DNA of 64,000 nt from a virus (Duplodnaviria > Caudoviricetes). Made by a program: the position numbers and the translations under genes. The notes beneath the pieces are model-generated. The model was not told the origin of the DNA, made no database searches, and saw nothing but the letters and a program-made list of their open reading frames with translations. The stretch lies in IMG/VR virus record IMGVR_UViG_3300022543_000001, positions 26,204 to 90,203 of that record, one strand, 5' to 3'. This document shows, piece after piece, positions 1 to 12,900 of the stretch. Each line of letters opens with the position of its first letter. Position 1 is the first letter of the stretch.

Positions 1-3000
1 CTTTACATTTGCCCCTAATTCAGAAAACCTCTGACCATAAGCACCTTTTTGCATTGCTTGGTATATATCTCCTTTTTTAAGAGCATATCTAGGCAGGTCA
101 AGATATAACTTACTATAACTGCTTTGACCCTTTTGATTATCTAAATGATATTCTTTAATTGCTTCAAGTAACTTAAACTCATTACTATTAGCAGCTTGCA
201 TTTGGAAATACTTCTCATTCATGAATCTGCTGTCAACAGCACTGTATTTTGAAGACGGATCAAAAAGTCTTGGAAGCCATTGATTTTTATTGTCAATGTA
301 TTTACCTACGTAATCTGATTTTGCTTCACCAAACGGAATTGTTCTGAATTGATCTTTAACCTGATATCTAGAATGTCTTGCATTTGGAACACCCATAAGA
401 ACAACCTCTTCTCCGTTTCTATCTAAGATTCTAGTAAACTTAATGTTACTCTCATCTTTAGGTACAGAAACAGTATTAGCTTTTGTTCTTTTATATCTAG
501 CAATATAACTTCTAGTTGGTTTATCATACTGTTGCACAACATAGTGATTAGTATTAAACCAACTTTTAAATGCATCATCAGCTTCTAAAATTTCTTCAAA
601 CTCTTCAGAATTGATAAAGTCATCAATCTCATCAATCTCCAGCTCTTTAATATTTTGCTTAGACAAATTATAATTTAATGTCTCTACATAATATGTAGTG
701 GGCATGTTTACAGATAAGTCAGATAACTCAGAGAAGATATCTTGAATTCTAGCTGCATCTTCAGGACTGATTCCTTGGTCGTTTAATAAGTCTAATAGAT
801 ACATGTATCTTTTAGATTCTGCAGACCCGGCTTGTAGTAATCCTTTTCTAGCTTTTTCTGATAGTTCTCTCAACTCTTCGGAGTCTTCTTTAGAGAGGCC
901 TGTGGAGGAATCAAATCTAAATTTGAAATCTGCAATAGACTGTTCTAAATCTCTGATTCTTTCAAGTCTTGTTTTACCCATAGCATTGCTATCAGGTTCT
1001 CCTTGCTCATCTCTGTAACTATAGATTAGATCATTAATAGTTTGGAATGCTTCAGCTACATCAAATTTAGATTTAGCAGCTTCATTCATCCTAGCTTGTA
1101 GTTCTCTAAGTTCTGTTACTAATGCATTTCTGCTCTCCCAGTAACTAGGATCATACTCCATTCTTAGGTTCTGTCTTCTCCATTTCTCTAACTCAGCTTT
1201 AAAGTCTGCTGAACCAGGATAGATTCCTTTAGCTTCTAATAAATCTGAGAATTCATTGTATGCACTTTGTAGCAATCCTTCAATAGGTCTCCACTCATAG
1301 AATCCTTTTGTAGCTGCTCTGTGCTCTTGTAAAACTTCAGCAATACTTAAGTCATAAACTCCGTTCTCTGGATCATCTACTTTAGAAGTACCATCTTCAT
1401 ACGTAAGAGAATACAATTGTTGGAACTCTCTGAAAGCAGCTTGAATACTAGAGTATTTTTCAAATCTCTCGTACTCATTCTCCATACTGTTTAATAAGTT
1501 ATTATAAGCTTGTAGCTTTTGTTTTCTTACAAAGTATGCTAATTTACCTACCTCAGACTTTTTAAAGATATCATCTTTCTCATAGAACTCTGGTACATAT
1601 TCTTGCCACATGAAGTCTCTTTTGAATTGTTCAAACTCCATGATTGCATCAGCAATTTTTGTTTGGTCTTCTGACTTCTTAGCTTCTTCTATATTCCACT
1701 CTAATAAATCATAGTGATATCTATAATCCTTATATTTATCCAAGTAAGAGTAAACTTCTTTTTCAATAGGCTTACCAGTTTCTTTATCAAAGTATAGTAT
1801 TTTATCTTTGAATGCAAGCTTTTCTCTTAACTGAATAGAGTTTAGTTTGCTAAATCCTACTTTAGGTAAAAGCTCTTCTAGTTTCTTTCTGAATTTCATT
1901 GATTGTTCCCAAACAACATTTTGTACCTGGGTTCTTTCATTCTGAATAAACATTGCTAATGGTCCTACTATAACATCATTACTTGAACTATAGCTCTCTA
2001 ACCATCTGTTAAACCAAGTAACATCTTGAGCTCCTCCTGTAAGAGCTGCTCTAATCTTATCTTCATCAACAACTAGATCCTTGTATTCCTTGAGGAACCC
2101 TTTTAATACATCCGCGGGAACACCTCGTTGCACTAATGCATCTACATCAGCATCAGTAAGAGTTTGTTGAACAACTTTATTATATAAGTCATCTACTGTT
2201 TTCTCTAATTGATCTGCAGGGAATGTTTGTTTTAATGCAATACCAAGGTTACCTTTAAGTCTATCTTGAATATACTTAGACATGTATCCAGTAATTTCTA
2301 CATAGAACTGCACATTGTTATTCTTAAGAATGTTTGCAATGTTTGTATTGATTCGTGTAATGTTTAATACAATCTCATTTAATGTTTGATAGAAAGGATT
2401 ATTACTCTCAATTAACTTACCCTCTGGTGAAAGTGACTCATCAATTGCTTGAATCATTTTTAACCAAGCTTTAGAGTTTTGTTTATAAAGCATCAATAAA
2501 GCAATAGTACTTCTATTGTTTATATTGGTAGTGCTGATTCTTGAAACATCAAGTAACATGTTTTGGGTCATGCTGTTGATAGTATCTAATGTATTTACCA
2601 ATGCTACTGCTCTTTGAAGATCTACATCTAGGGCCCCTTTAGCAGCATCTAATGCATTTTGAATCATCTCATCTTCTGTGAAACTTTCAGTGTCTACATT
2701 AAGATTGTCTTTTAGTGTGCTAACTACCTCACGTAAGTATCTGTTGGTTCCTTTTTCAAATAATGAATCCTTTAAGAATTTTTTTGATGCTTTGTCTCCT
2801 TTAAAGTTTTCAGCCTCAGTAAGAACTCTTCTATTGGTTTCATATATTTCCCGGACCACTTTGAGTTGTGACTCAGCATTGGAAAACTTGTTAAGTTCTT
2901 TTGCTCGGTCAACAACATTCCGTGAAAACATAACCAAATCCTCCTCTGTAATGTTGTCAGTTTTAAACTCAAAGTCTTTATCTAAGAGCATATCTGACAA

Positions 3001-3960
3001 CTCCTCTAATGTAGTATCAACATCTAGTTTTGCCACGTTCACTTTTGATCCAAACAAGCCTCTCAACAACTGTTTGATAGCAGCCATTAACTTGTTCATG
3101 AAACTTTGGTAACCTTCTGTCTCTAGTTCATTATTGATTCTATTCAATGCTCTTAACTGCATAGCATAGGCAAGAACTTCTTCTTTAAATAAATCAGAGT
3201 TCTCTTCTAGTTCAGGATAGTTATTTAGTACATAGTACTTAATACCTTGACCTTCTTCTGTAGCTAATGCTTGATCATATAGTTTCTGAAATAGGATGTT
3301 GTTTGTTTTTCTCAGTCCCTGTAACACTGGGTGAGAAAATTCATGAAGTACAGTTCTTACATTTACATTATCACCTACTATATAAACAGTACCAGCATAA
3401 TAAAATGCGGGTTCTCCATTGTATTTAACGGCTCTATTCTTTAAAATGTTTGCTGCTTCTTCTTGTGTAATAGTTTCAAATTGTGCACCAATACCTTTAG
3501 ATAATCTTTGTGCAAGTACTTCAGCAATTTCTCTTGATCTTTCGTTTTGTAACTCATCAAGTTTTACATCCATAAATAATACACCATTAATCTCTTGTAA
3601 AGATTGATCTACTTTAGGATTATCTAAAGCTGGCATATCTTTAATCATCATTGCATCATCTGGTCTTGCATTATACAATTCCTGCAATCTTTCAAAAAGT
3701 TTTACATTAGGTTCAGCTCTAAGTACTCTATACTTTGCATCTCTCCAGTATGTAGATCTTTGTGGATCTACATGCTCAGACATATTAGTACTAAATAACT
3801 TAGTACCATCAGTTTTTAGACCATACTTTGTTTCAGCCAATGCTGTTATCTGATCATTTAACTTATTAAAAAGATCTTCATTGATGATTCTTCTTACATC
3901 ATTTGTAGCTCCTTTATCTTGTAAAAACTTTATTGAATTTAATTGTACTTGACAAACCAT
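1..3960 (-). CDS. Giant virion/ejected protein with N-terminal zincin-like (HExxH) domain; 3'-truncated by window edge (>=1320 aa)
   Basis: Absent from the ORF track because there is no stop inside the window. ATG at 3960-3958, 1 nt after the RNAP stop. Manual translation MVCQVQLNSIKFLQDKG...AFYYAGTVYIVGDNVNVRTVLHEFSHPVLQGL...FKEEVLAYAM... appears open to position 1; HEFSH at 3331-3345 with a downstream EE. Confidence 0.85.
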   Translation of the reverse strand, partial: MVCQVQLNSIKFLQDKGATNDVRRIINEDLFNKLNDQITALAETKYGLKTDGTKLFSTNMSEHVDPQRSTYWRDAKYRVLRAEPNVKLFERLQELYNARPDDAMMIKDMPALDNPKVDQSLQEINGVLFMDVKLDELQNERSREIAEVLAQRLSKGIGAQFETITQEEAANILKNRAVKYNGEPAFYYAGTVYIVGDNVNVRTVLHEFSHPVLQGLRKTNNILFQKLYDQALATEEGQGIKYYVLNNYPELEENSDLFKEEVLAYAMQLRALNRINNELETEGYQSFMNKLMAAIKQLLRGLFGSKVNVAKLDVDTTLEELSDMLLDKDFEFKTDNITEEDLVMFSRNVVDRAKELNKFSNAESQLKVVREIYETNRRVLTEAENFKGDKASKKFLKDSLFEKGTNRYLREVVSTLKDNLNVDTESFTEDEMIQNALDAAKGALDVDLQRAVALVNTLDTINSMTQNMLLDVSRISTTNINNRSTIALLMLYKQNSKAWLKMIQAIDESLSPEGKLIESNNPFYQTLNEIVLNITRINTNIANILKNNNVQFYVEITGYMSKYIQDRLKGNLGIALKQTFPADQLEKTVDDLYNKVVQQTLTDADVDALVQRGVPADVLKGFLKEYKDLVVDEDKIRAALTGGAQDVTWFNRWLESYSSSNDVIVGPLAMFIQNERTQVQNVVWEQSMKFRKKLEELLPKVGFSKLNSIQLREKLAFKDKILYFDKETGKPIEKEVYSYLDKYKDYRYHYDLLEWNIEEAKKSEDQTKIADAIMEFEQFKRDFMWQEYVPEFYEKDDIFKKSEVGKLAYFVRKQKLQAYNNLLNSMENEYERFEKYSSIQAAFREFQQLYSLTYEDGTSKVDDPENGVYDLSIAEVLQEHRAATKGFYEWRPIEGLLQSAYNEFSDLLEAKGIYPGSADFKAELEKWRRQNLRMEYDPSYWESRNALVTELRELQARMNEAAKSKFDVAEAFQTINDLIYSYRDEQGEPDSNAMGKTRLERIRDLEQSIADFKFRFDSSTGLSKEDSEELRELSEKARKGLLQAGSAESKRYMYLLDLLNDQGISPEDAARIQDIFSELSDLSVNMPTTYYVETLNYNLSKQNIKELEIDEIDDFINSEEFEEILEADDAFKSWFNTNHYVVQQYDKPTRSYIARYKRTKANTVSVPKDESNIKFTRILDRNGEEVVLMGVPNARHSRYQVKDQFRTIPFGEAKSDYVGKYIDNKNQWLPRLFDPSSKYSAVDSRFMNEKYFQMQAANSNEFKLLEAIKEYHLDNQKGQSSYSKLYLDLPRYALKKGDIYQAMQKGAYGQRFSELGANVK

Positions 3961-3961
3961 A

Positions 3962-6900
3962 TTATGAACATTTAAACGGATCTTCTTCTAATTCCAATTG
4001 TGTTAATATTTCAGCATCTGAAATTCCTTGACTTGCACTCACTAAGTCTCTCATTTGGTCATACATAGTAGAACCTGGATTAACATATTGAAACTCTTCA
4101 AATAACCTCTTACTTAAATATACAAATAATTCTTGAGGCATGGTATTAGGATCACCAAATCCATACTCTGGAAATGCAATTTTACCATCTTTTTCTTGAA
4201 TTTGTTTGATTATATTTATTCTTTTTTCCCAAATGTTTTTTAGTGTTTGGTATTGGTCAGGACTAAGGTCAACCTGTTTACCATTTACAACACTTGCAAA
4301 TAAATTAGTTGGAAAATTAATAGACATGCTAGGTACTTCTGACATAAAGTTAGATGCACCACCTAGATTAGTACCTTTTGCAATTTGCTCAGGTTTAATC
4401 TCATAGACACTTGTGTTGTGTACAAAGACTACGTCCGGATTATTTTTACCTATGTTAGTGTAATAGTATATGTTTTTAGCATTGCTATCATTATACATAA
4501 ATACTCCTTCCTTATCTGTAGATCGTAAACCAAGTCTTTTTACTTCAGCTGTAGTATCTAGATTTGTAGAATCTTCTTCAGCTACTTGCTGACCTCTTTG
4601 TGGTGTAGGTGCAACTGTAGGACTTATTCTTTCAGGATTAGCATAATCCATACCTGATAGATAGTCTTTGAATCTATTTTTATTTAGATTAGTAACTGAG
4701 TTTTGTCTAATAAACTGATCATAGAAATTGTCCAATACAGTAAATCCTTTTTTGTCTAAAGCATCTGTAAATTTACCAACTTCATCTTCTACAATATTTA
4801 AGAAGTCTGTATAGTCAACAACATTTGTAAAGCTTAATTTAGTTTTGTTGAGACCTGTTTGTAAGAAAGCAAATGTGCTTAAGTATTTAAACATGTCACT
4901 AATTCTAGCATTCTCTTGTGGATCACTAACTTTTTGTACAGTTGGATCAGCCAATCTTTTTAGATCATTGCTATAAAGATTTGACTTATCACTATCAAAA
5001 CTCTTCTCAGCTAATAAGATGTTGAATGCCGTTTCAGTTTTATCTGAATCAAGTTTCAGTCTACCCAATACTGGATAGTCTTTTGCAAGCTCAGGATTGT
5101 TTTGCAACAACTTAGACATTCTTACAGCAAAAGCATTGTCACTGTCTTGGAATAAGTGGAAGAAGTTATATGAATTATCTAGAGCTTTGATAGCTAATAG
5201 TTTTTCATACGTATATCTTACAGCTTTTTCATTAGATAAGTCAGGGAAGAGTTCTTTTGTAGTTTTTAGTTCCTCTTGGAATTCTACTGATGTAGAGTAG
5301 TCCGTTGTAAGAGGGTAGACTGATCTTAAGTACTCTCGTTCTGAAACAAATTTTTGATACTCACTAAAGTTTGTTTCTTCATTATTCATAAATGTTGATG
5401 GATGTAGTGGGTATAAGCCTCTATCTTCATAACTATTTTCTGCATCTGATCCTTCAATCCAAGCCTGTGATTTAAATTCTTTTTGTAACTGTTTAACATC
5501 TACATATAAAGTACCACCTTTGACAAATGCACCTCTCTTAAGTTCTTTTACAAGTGCAGTAGGAATTTTAGTCTCCATGTTTAAAGACATAAATCCTTCT
5601 TCAGCTTTATATTTTCTAAGAGCATTCTGTAAAATAAAACTTACAATATCATTTCTGAAGACATTGCTAAACATTTCAATGTTCTTACCAGGGAAAGTTG
5701 TTTCAAGATCATTTCTGATTTGATTCTTTCTTGCAATTAAGTAATCACTAATTTGCTTGTGATATCTTAATTTAAATAATGGTCTACTTACAGCTAAGGC
5801 CATAGGTCCGTTAAAGAAAGAACTGATGATAGAGTCATTCATCATACTATTCAAAATTTCTCTTGGAATTCTTGAATCAAACTCTAACTCCTCAATGTTA
5901 GCTTCACTTTGCTCTACATCAGAAAGAGTAGACTTAGTAGCCGTATCTGGATTAGAACTCATTTTAAGTGCTGTGTATCCAGAAATTTGTTGTTCTAACT
6001 CAAGATAATGTAAGAACATAGCTTTTGCAATATCACTGTCTTTATCATTGCTGTTGATAAGATCTTCCATTTCCGTTAAAGTAAATGTTTTCTCTTTTCT
6101 ATCTTTAAAGTGATCATTTAATAGCTCTTGTCCTTTCAAGTATCTAGCATCATTACTAGAATTTTTAGCTAACTCAGCCTTATCAAAATGGTTTTTAATA
6201 ACCTCAGATGCAGCTTTGTATTTTGCTAACCCTGGACTATCTGGTTTCTTATTAAGTACATCAGCAAATGTAGACTTAGCAAGACGTTGTTCATCTACAT
6301 ACTCTCTTACCAATGGATTGGATACAAAATAGATTGCTTCTTGAACAGGTACACCTGCTTTAACTAAATAAAGCAATGTTGGAGCTACCTCATAGTTTCC
6401 TTGGATAAAGAAGATCCAAGCATCTTTTTCAACATCCACCCATCCATTCATCATTTGAGAAATAACATCCCCTACTTTATTGATACCATCAACATCATAT
6501 AAATCTGACATAGAGATAACTTCTTTGCCGTCAGCAGTCATCTTGTTATGTCTCAATCTCATGTTGCTCTTTCTCAACTCTCTTTTTAAAGTATATTCAT
6601 CTGGCATATAAGCACCAAGTGAATTCATAATAACATTGAAAGTGTTTTCAATAGCACCAAGACCTAGAGTTTTCTTACCTACAATATTAGATTCGTGTTT
6701 GTATATATTATACATTGCTTCTAATACTCTTGTAGGACTGATTTCTCCAGTATTTTCTGTCATTTTATTATTCTTAGGATTGTACTCTGAAACTTTATCT
6801 GATAATTTATCAGCAATATCCTTAAGAATAAATGTACCATTTGGCATGATAAGAGATGCATAGTTATCAGGAAGTTCAAGAATGTTTTTGATATCTTCTA

Positions 6901-9900
6901 TAAGTTCATTTTCTAATGCAGCTTTTTGTTCTTTAACAGCTTTGGCAAAATTGTCAGTACCTCTAAGATTTTTTATTGTTTGATTGTCTTTATAACTACG
7001 TTTAATCACATTACCATCCTCATCAAGTGTGTTCATGAAAATTGTAAGTTTATCAATATCAAAGTCACCCCCTGACTTAGCAACAATCTCTGCTGGTGGA
7101 ATAATGATATTACCAGCTTGTGGTGGTAAGAATTCAAATACTTCAGCAAACTCCATAGAGTTAAGACCTTGTACAGGAATACGTACACCAACAAGAGTGA
7201 TTGCTTTTCTAACAGCTCCTTCATTTGCATCTAACCAAGAGTCATCTTTAATTTTTTCATTCAGTCTTGCCAATGATTTGTCCATATCAAGTGTACCATC
7301 TTCTAGGTAAACTCCTACAGTTTCATCATTAGCATATTCTAAGTTGAATAAATTATAATATGATCCTTGCATTGCTATCATAACTTTTGCAGCAGCAGTA
7401 TAACCATTTGCTTTTTTATGATATGTAGGTAACAAGTAAGTTGTAGAGGCCCATTTTTTGATCTCATCTTTACTTGCTTTTCTTAAATCAGGCTCTGTAA
7501 ATTGATTTGCATACAAACCAACAGATACTTGAATCAATGGTTCTCCTGTAACCTTTTGCTTGATTACTCTCTTGTTAATCATAGAAAGTAATAACTTCTC
7601 TATTTTAGCAGCTTCAGGATGGAAAGAAAGATCATGAACTAAATCACCATTGTTGTCAAATACATCTATAAACTCAATAAGATCATCACTCAGAACTTCT
7701 TCTCTTTCAAGATTAGTTCTGATCATGTTTACTAGTTTTGCAATGCTTGACTTATCTTTAGCTTTGTATTCACCAGGAGTAGTTTCTTCATAACCCATTT
7801 CTTCAAGAAGCTCTATCTTTAATAGGTTAGTGTATTCTTCTACGTGGTCAATGTATTTCTTAACTCTTTCTTCTGTAATGTCTTGATATTTTGTAGACTT
7901 GATTTTACCTTGTTGGTAAAGACCTTCAAGGATCAACTTTCTCAACTGTGTAGAGAAGATTGATTTACCTTTATAAGTTGCATTTACCTCTGTCTGATTT
8001 TTCAAAAACTCAGCATAAATAGTATTAATTGTAAATTTTGAGTTTTTATCAAACGTACCATCAGGATTTAATACAACATCACCTTTTCCAATATGACTTA
8101 CTTTAGAACCAGATTCAAATAGAACATAGTCTATTTGATCTTTCATCATCTTTTCATGTAAGTCATACATCGGTGTACCCTCTTTCCCTACTCCAGGAAT
8201 AATAGGAGCAAGTGAGAACTTATGGAAAGAGTTTACAGGAAGACCTGTTGATTCTATATTTCCAAAATACTGTAACTTGTAAGGAGGGAAAAACTCTACT
8301 ACATCTTCTGCAGTAATGTTTTGACCCATAGATACTTTTCTATACAACAACTCTTGTTGATCACTCCAGTTACCTTCTAGATGTTTTAATCTTCTATAAG
8401 TCTCAAATCCTACAATACCTTGACCATCAGCAATTTTCATCTGTGGTTTATCAGTAGAAAAATACTCAGATGCTGCTTTATCAGCATTTTCTTTTGCTAA
8501 TTTTCTATTTTTAGTTCTTGCATAGATTGCTTCTTCAATTTCATCTCTGTACTCTTTGTACATGACAGAATTAAATTGCATTTCTTTTATGATTGCTGTT
8601 TGTAAAGTACCATCATAATTTCTTACAGCATAGCCTCTTCTATCAGCATAGTAGTTCTTCAAAGAACTAACATAAATCTGTGCTCTTTTGTCTGCTCTAA
8701 ATCCTTTACCACCAGATGCAAGACCAGCATTACGTTTATGGAATTCTTCTTTAGCATGATTGTATTGTACTAAATCTCCATATGCAATAATAACAGTCTC
8801 CATTTTGTGAATGAAGGAGTTATAGGTATAAGCTTTTACTAATGCAGTTTCTATGTCTTTTTCAGTAAGATCTTCATTTGTAACTTTGATTCTTTCTATT
8901 AATCCTTTATCTACATACTTAGCTTTTTGAAGTCTAGTATAGTTAGCAGCTGTATCAATATCAAAGTATTTTTCAACATCTTTTCTAATTAAGTCTCTTA
9001 AAGTTGGATTGTTATCCAACTCAGTCATTAGATCAAAATCAGATAGTTTATTATCTGAAGCTGCATCAATTATAGAATACAATTCTTTTTGTGTAGTTGG
9101 TGAAAGGATATCATCAAATGCAGTAAATGCTTGTCCAGCCATAACTGCAGTTTTCTTACCATCTTTTCTTTTCACTTTTCTATTGTATCCAGCATAATTT
9201 TCAAACTTATCAATATCCTGTTGGAATCTGAAAATTCTATTAGCTTCACCAGCTAGATAACCTTCAATAATATCATATGACTTGATTGTACCATCAGCAT
9301 AAGGTAAGAAAGACTCCATATCAACATAAAGTTTAGAAGCTTTTTTACCATTATATGTTTTGATATCACCATCAATAGTCATACCCATAGCAGTGTTTTT
9401 AGAAGCATGTCTCATAAATTCCTCAACACCACTTAATAACATCGTATGGAACTCTTGTAGATATTTACTAGTAGCATCCATTGATGCTGTAGAAGTACCT
9501 CCTTCATTTCTACGGCTTACCATCTGAGTACCGGCTACATTTTGTAATGTAATTTTTGCATCAGAAATCTTTTGACCATACGTTGGAGACATAGGATCTA
9601 AATCAAATATAGAATTTAAAAGTTTTGAGAATGGGCTAAGTGTATTATTAGATTCATTCAACCATCTCATGTGTTTAAATCTTCCATTTGGATCAGCCTC
9701 AGCTGTTGTAAGTTGTTGCCAGTTGTCTGCGTAATTGATAGCTGTAACTATTCTTGTAATAGTATTATCAACCATGTGCTCCCATACTCTGTTTCCTTCA
9801 GGAGTTTGCACACTAAAGTTTGAATAACTGTCAGAGAATGCATTTTGTAGTCCTGCTAAAGCTCTGATTCTACCTCTTACTTCATCACTTTGTGATTGAC

Positions 9901-12900
9901 TATCTCTAAGTGATTCTGGAAGACCATTAAGTAAATATGTAAGTGGATCCTTTTTAAATAAGAATGCATCTGCTGATGAACTTTTATTTACTTTTTTGAT
10001 CACCTCGTACATTCTATCAATACCAAATGTTGTACTGAATGGAGTAGTTCTGTTGTTAACAATCTCTTTGATAGCAGAACTAGACTGATCTAATACAATA
10101 CCAATTGCTTGTAAAAACTCATTAGCTTTTCTGTAGTTAAATCTACCATCTGTACCAAACTCTTTTACAATTTTGCTTGTGTTTAGTATGTTATTACCAT
10201 ACTTATCTTTTGATACATATGGATTAATTGTACTATCTGCAGTAACAAAGTTAGATTTCCAATCTTGGATTACTTGGTATACATCAAAGTTAGCTTTTGC
10301 AACACGGGCTTCAAAAGATTTATTTATACCTTCCTCACTTCTAGCTTCTTCCTTGTTTAAGTTAAGCTGTACATAAGGGATTCTTGGTTTCTTAAAGTCT
10401 TGCCAGAAATTAGTTTCAGAAGAGAACTCCATTGGAGTATACTGACCTAGGGCAGTTTTCTCATTAAAGAAAGGATTTGGTAATAACTTTTGTAATTGTT
10501 CAAGCTCAGGATAATTTTCAGAATTCTCAAAGATTCTTGAATACATATCCATTTCATCAAATGAACCTTCTAGTATTTTAGCAAGTCTATTCCATGTAAT
10601 GTCAACATCTTGTAATACAGGGAGGCCAAAAAGACCATCTCTATTAGTTACAATCTCACCATTTTCTTTAGATACTTTAAAGATACTAGCTAATAACATC
10701 ATAGTGTCTTCACTAGCAAGTTCTTTAGAAGAAATAGTGTTACCATCATTTAACTTAAACAAGTTACTCTTCTCAATATTACTTGGATCTTCAATCTCAA
10801 TATACTGATCTCTCAATACACGGTATCTAGACTTCTCAAGATGATATGCTATAACATTGTTTTTCTCTCTACCGTCTAAACTGTCTGTTAGATTACCAAA
10901 ATTAGATGTAATTTTATCTAACAGCTCTAACTCTTCAAGAAATTTAGGATCAGTAAGTAACTCATCATCTGCCTCTAAATCAGCAACATAAGCAATTCTT
11001 AATCTTTCAAATCTATCATAGATATCTCTGTAAAGATCTTTCTTATTCTCAGGATCCTTAAGAAGTTTTAATGCTGCAGCTGTAGTATTAAAGTCTCTAT
11101 TATGAGCTTGGAATATAACAGACATCATACTGTCCATTGCATCAGCAATTTTCTTAGACTCTTCTAATGTAAAATTATCATTGATGATTTTGCTTCTGTT
11201 CAGTTTCCCAAACATAACATTATCCATAGAAGGTTTTAAACTTGATAGAATGCTAGGATTTTCTGAGGCTCTGTACAATTTGTCAAATAATTCTTTAACA
11301 GACTCTACATCTTGCAAGCTTGTAGCAGCTTGTTGTTTAGTAACTTTACCAAAAAGCTTTTGGATAAACTGATAAATCTTATCAAATAACTTACCTAAGA
11401 TTCCTCTGACTTCTTTTTTACCTTTTGATTTAGCATATGCTCTAAACTCTTCAGCCAAAGACTCTTCTATATCAAAGAAACTTTTTCCTTTGTACTTAGC
11501 TAATGTTTGTACTTCTTCATAAAGTTTGATCTTCTCATCCTTAGTTAAAAGTAATTGAGAGAAACCGTGCCATGCTTCATGATAAACATCAACCATAGTA
11601 CCACCATCAGCTTCGTATAAAGTAATACCATAACCAGACCAGGTAGCAAATGCATCTGAGTTTACAATCTCCGTAACTCTTTCAAGACTAATGAACTTAC
11701 TCAAAGGAGAGTTATTCCACCATGATTCAGCTTTTTGTCTGTCAGACTTAGATGTAAATACTTTGTCTAGGAATCTATCACGTAGCTTAGATCTATCTAA
11801 CCCTTTCTTTTTATATAAAGCACTGTTAGATGAACCGTTAATGATATCATCTAGTAAGCTTACTCTTGTTGATGGATTGTTTCTAATGTTTGTTTCTTTA
11901 GCTTCAGCTTCTGTTTTAGAAGGTGTCTGTGCTGCAGTTACTGGTTTAGTACGTGTTTGTTTTTTAGGAGCAGGCTTTGGTGCTTCTTTATCAACCTTTG
12001 CTTTAGGAGCAGGTTTTGATTGAGTAGGTTTTGGTCTACCAACAGGAATAATCCCATCAAACTCAACAGTACCATCAGGTATTGCATAAGTAAGATAAGC
12101 ATTCATACCATTCTCATAAGCATTAGTCTCAGTTGTATAAGTAACTTTGACATATGGTTTAATAGCTTCAAAATAATCTTTAGAAGATTCAGTTATCTTA
12201 TCACCTTCAATAGAGTATTCTGTAAAAGTTTTACCCTTGTATTTATTATTGTATTGTACGTTAGCTGGCCAAAATTCATCTTTAACTTTGTCTTTTGGTC
12301 TAGCACTCAATAAATGATCTACAATAAGTTTTTTACCAGTTTCTGTATAAAGAACATCTTGAGGTATCTCTTTACCATTTAGTTCTACAAAGAATGTTTT
12401 CTCATTATTTACAATAAGAACTTTTGCTCTAATTCTATCTCTGTTATATGGAAGATTTGTTTTGTATCCTGTTTTAGGATCCTTCATTAAAGCATTATTG
12501 ATAAAGATTTCAAAGTATGCTTTTCTTTCATCTGGTGTTAACTCTCTACCTTTTAACTTTGCTGTAGTAGTTAATACTGTTGCAAGTTGTTCAGCTAAAG
12601 ACTGATCAATGTCTGATCTTTGTAAAAATACTTCTTGGTCAACATTTAATCCTCCAGCTTTAGTTTTCTGAATGATAACATATTGTTTACCAGTATCTTT
12701 ACCAGTTGTTATACCAGTATAGTTTTTAATATCTTCTTCAGTAAGACCTGCTTCTTCCAAAGTCATAGTCTTAACTGCAGTTCTTGGTATACCAAATGTT
12801 CCTCCTAGTATTGGAAGAATGATTTGTAAATCACCATTTGACTCTTCAATTAATTTTCTTAACTGATAAAGCTCATTCATTTCTCTGTCTTGACGATCTT

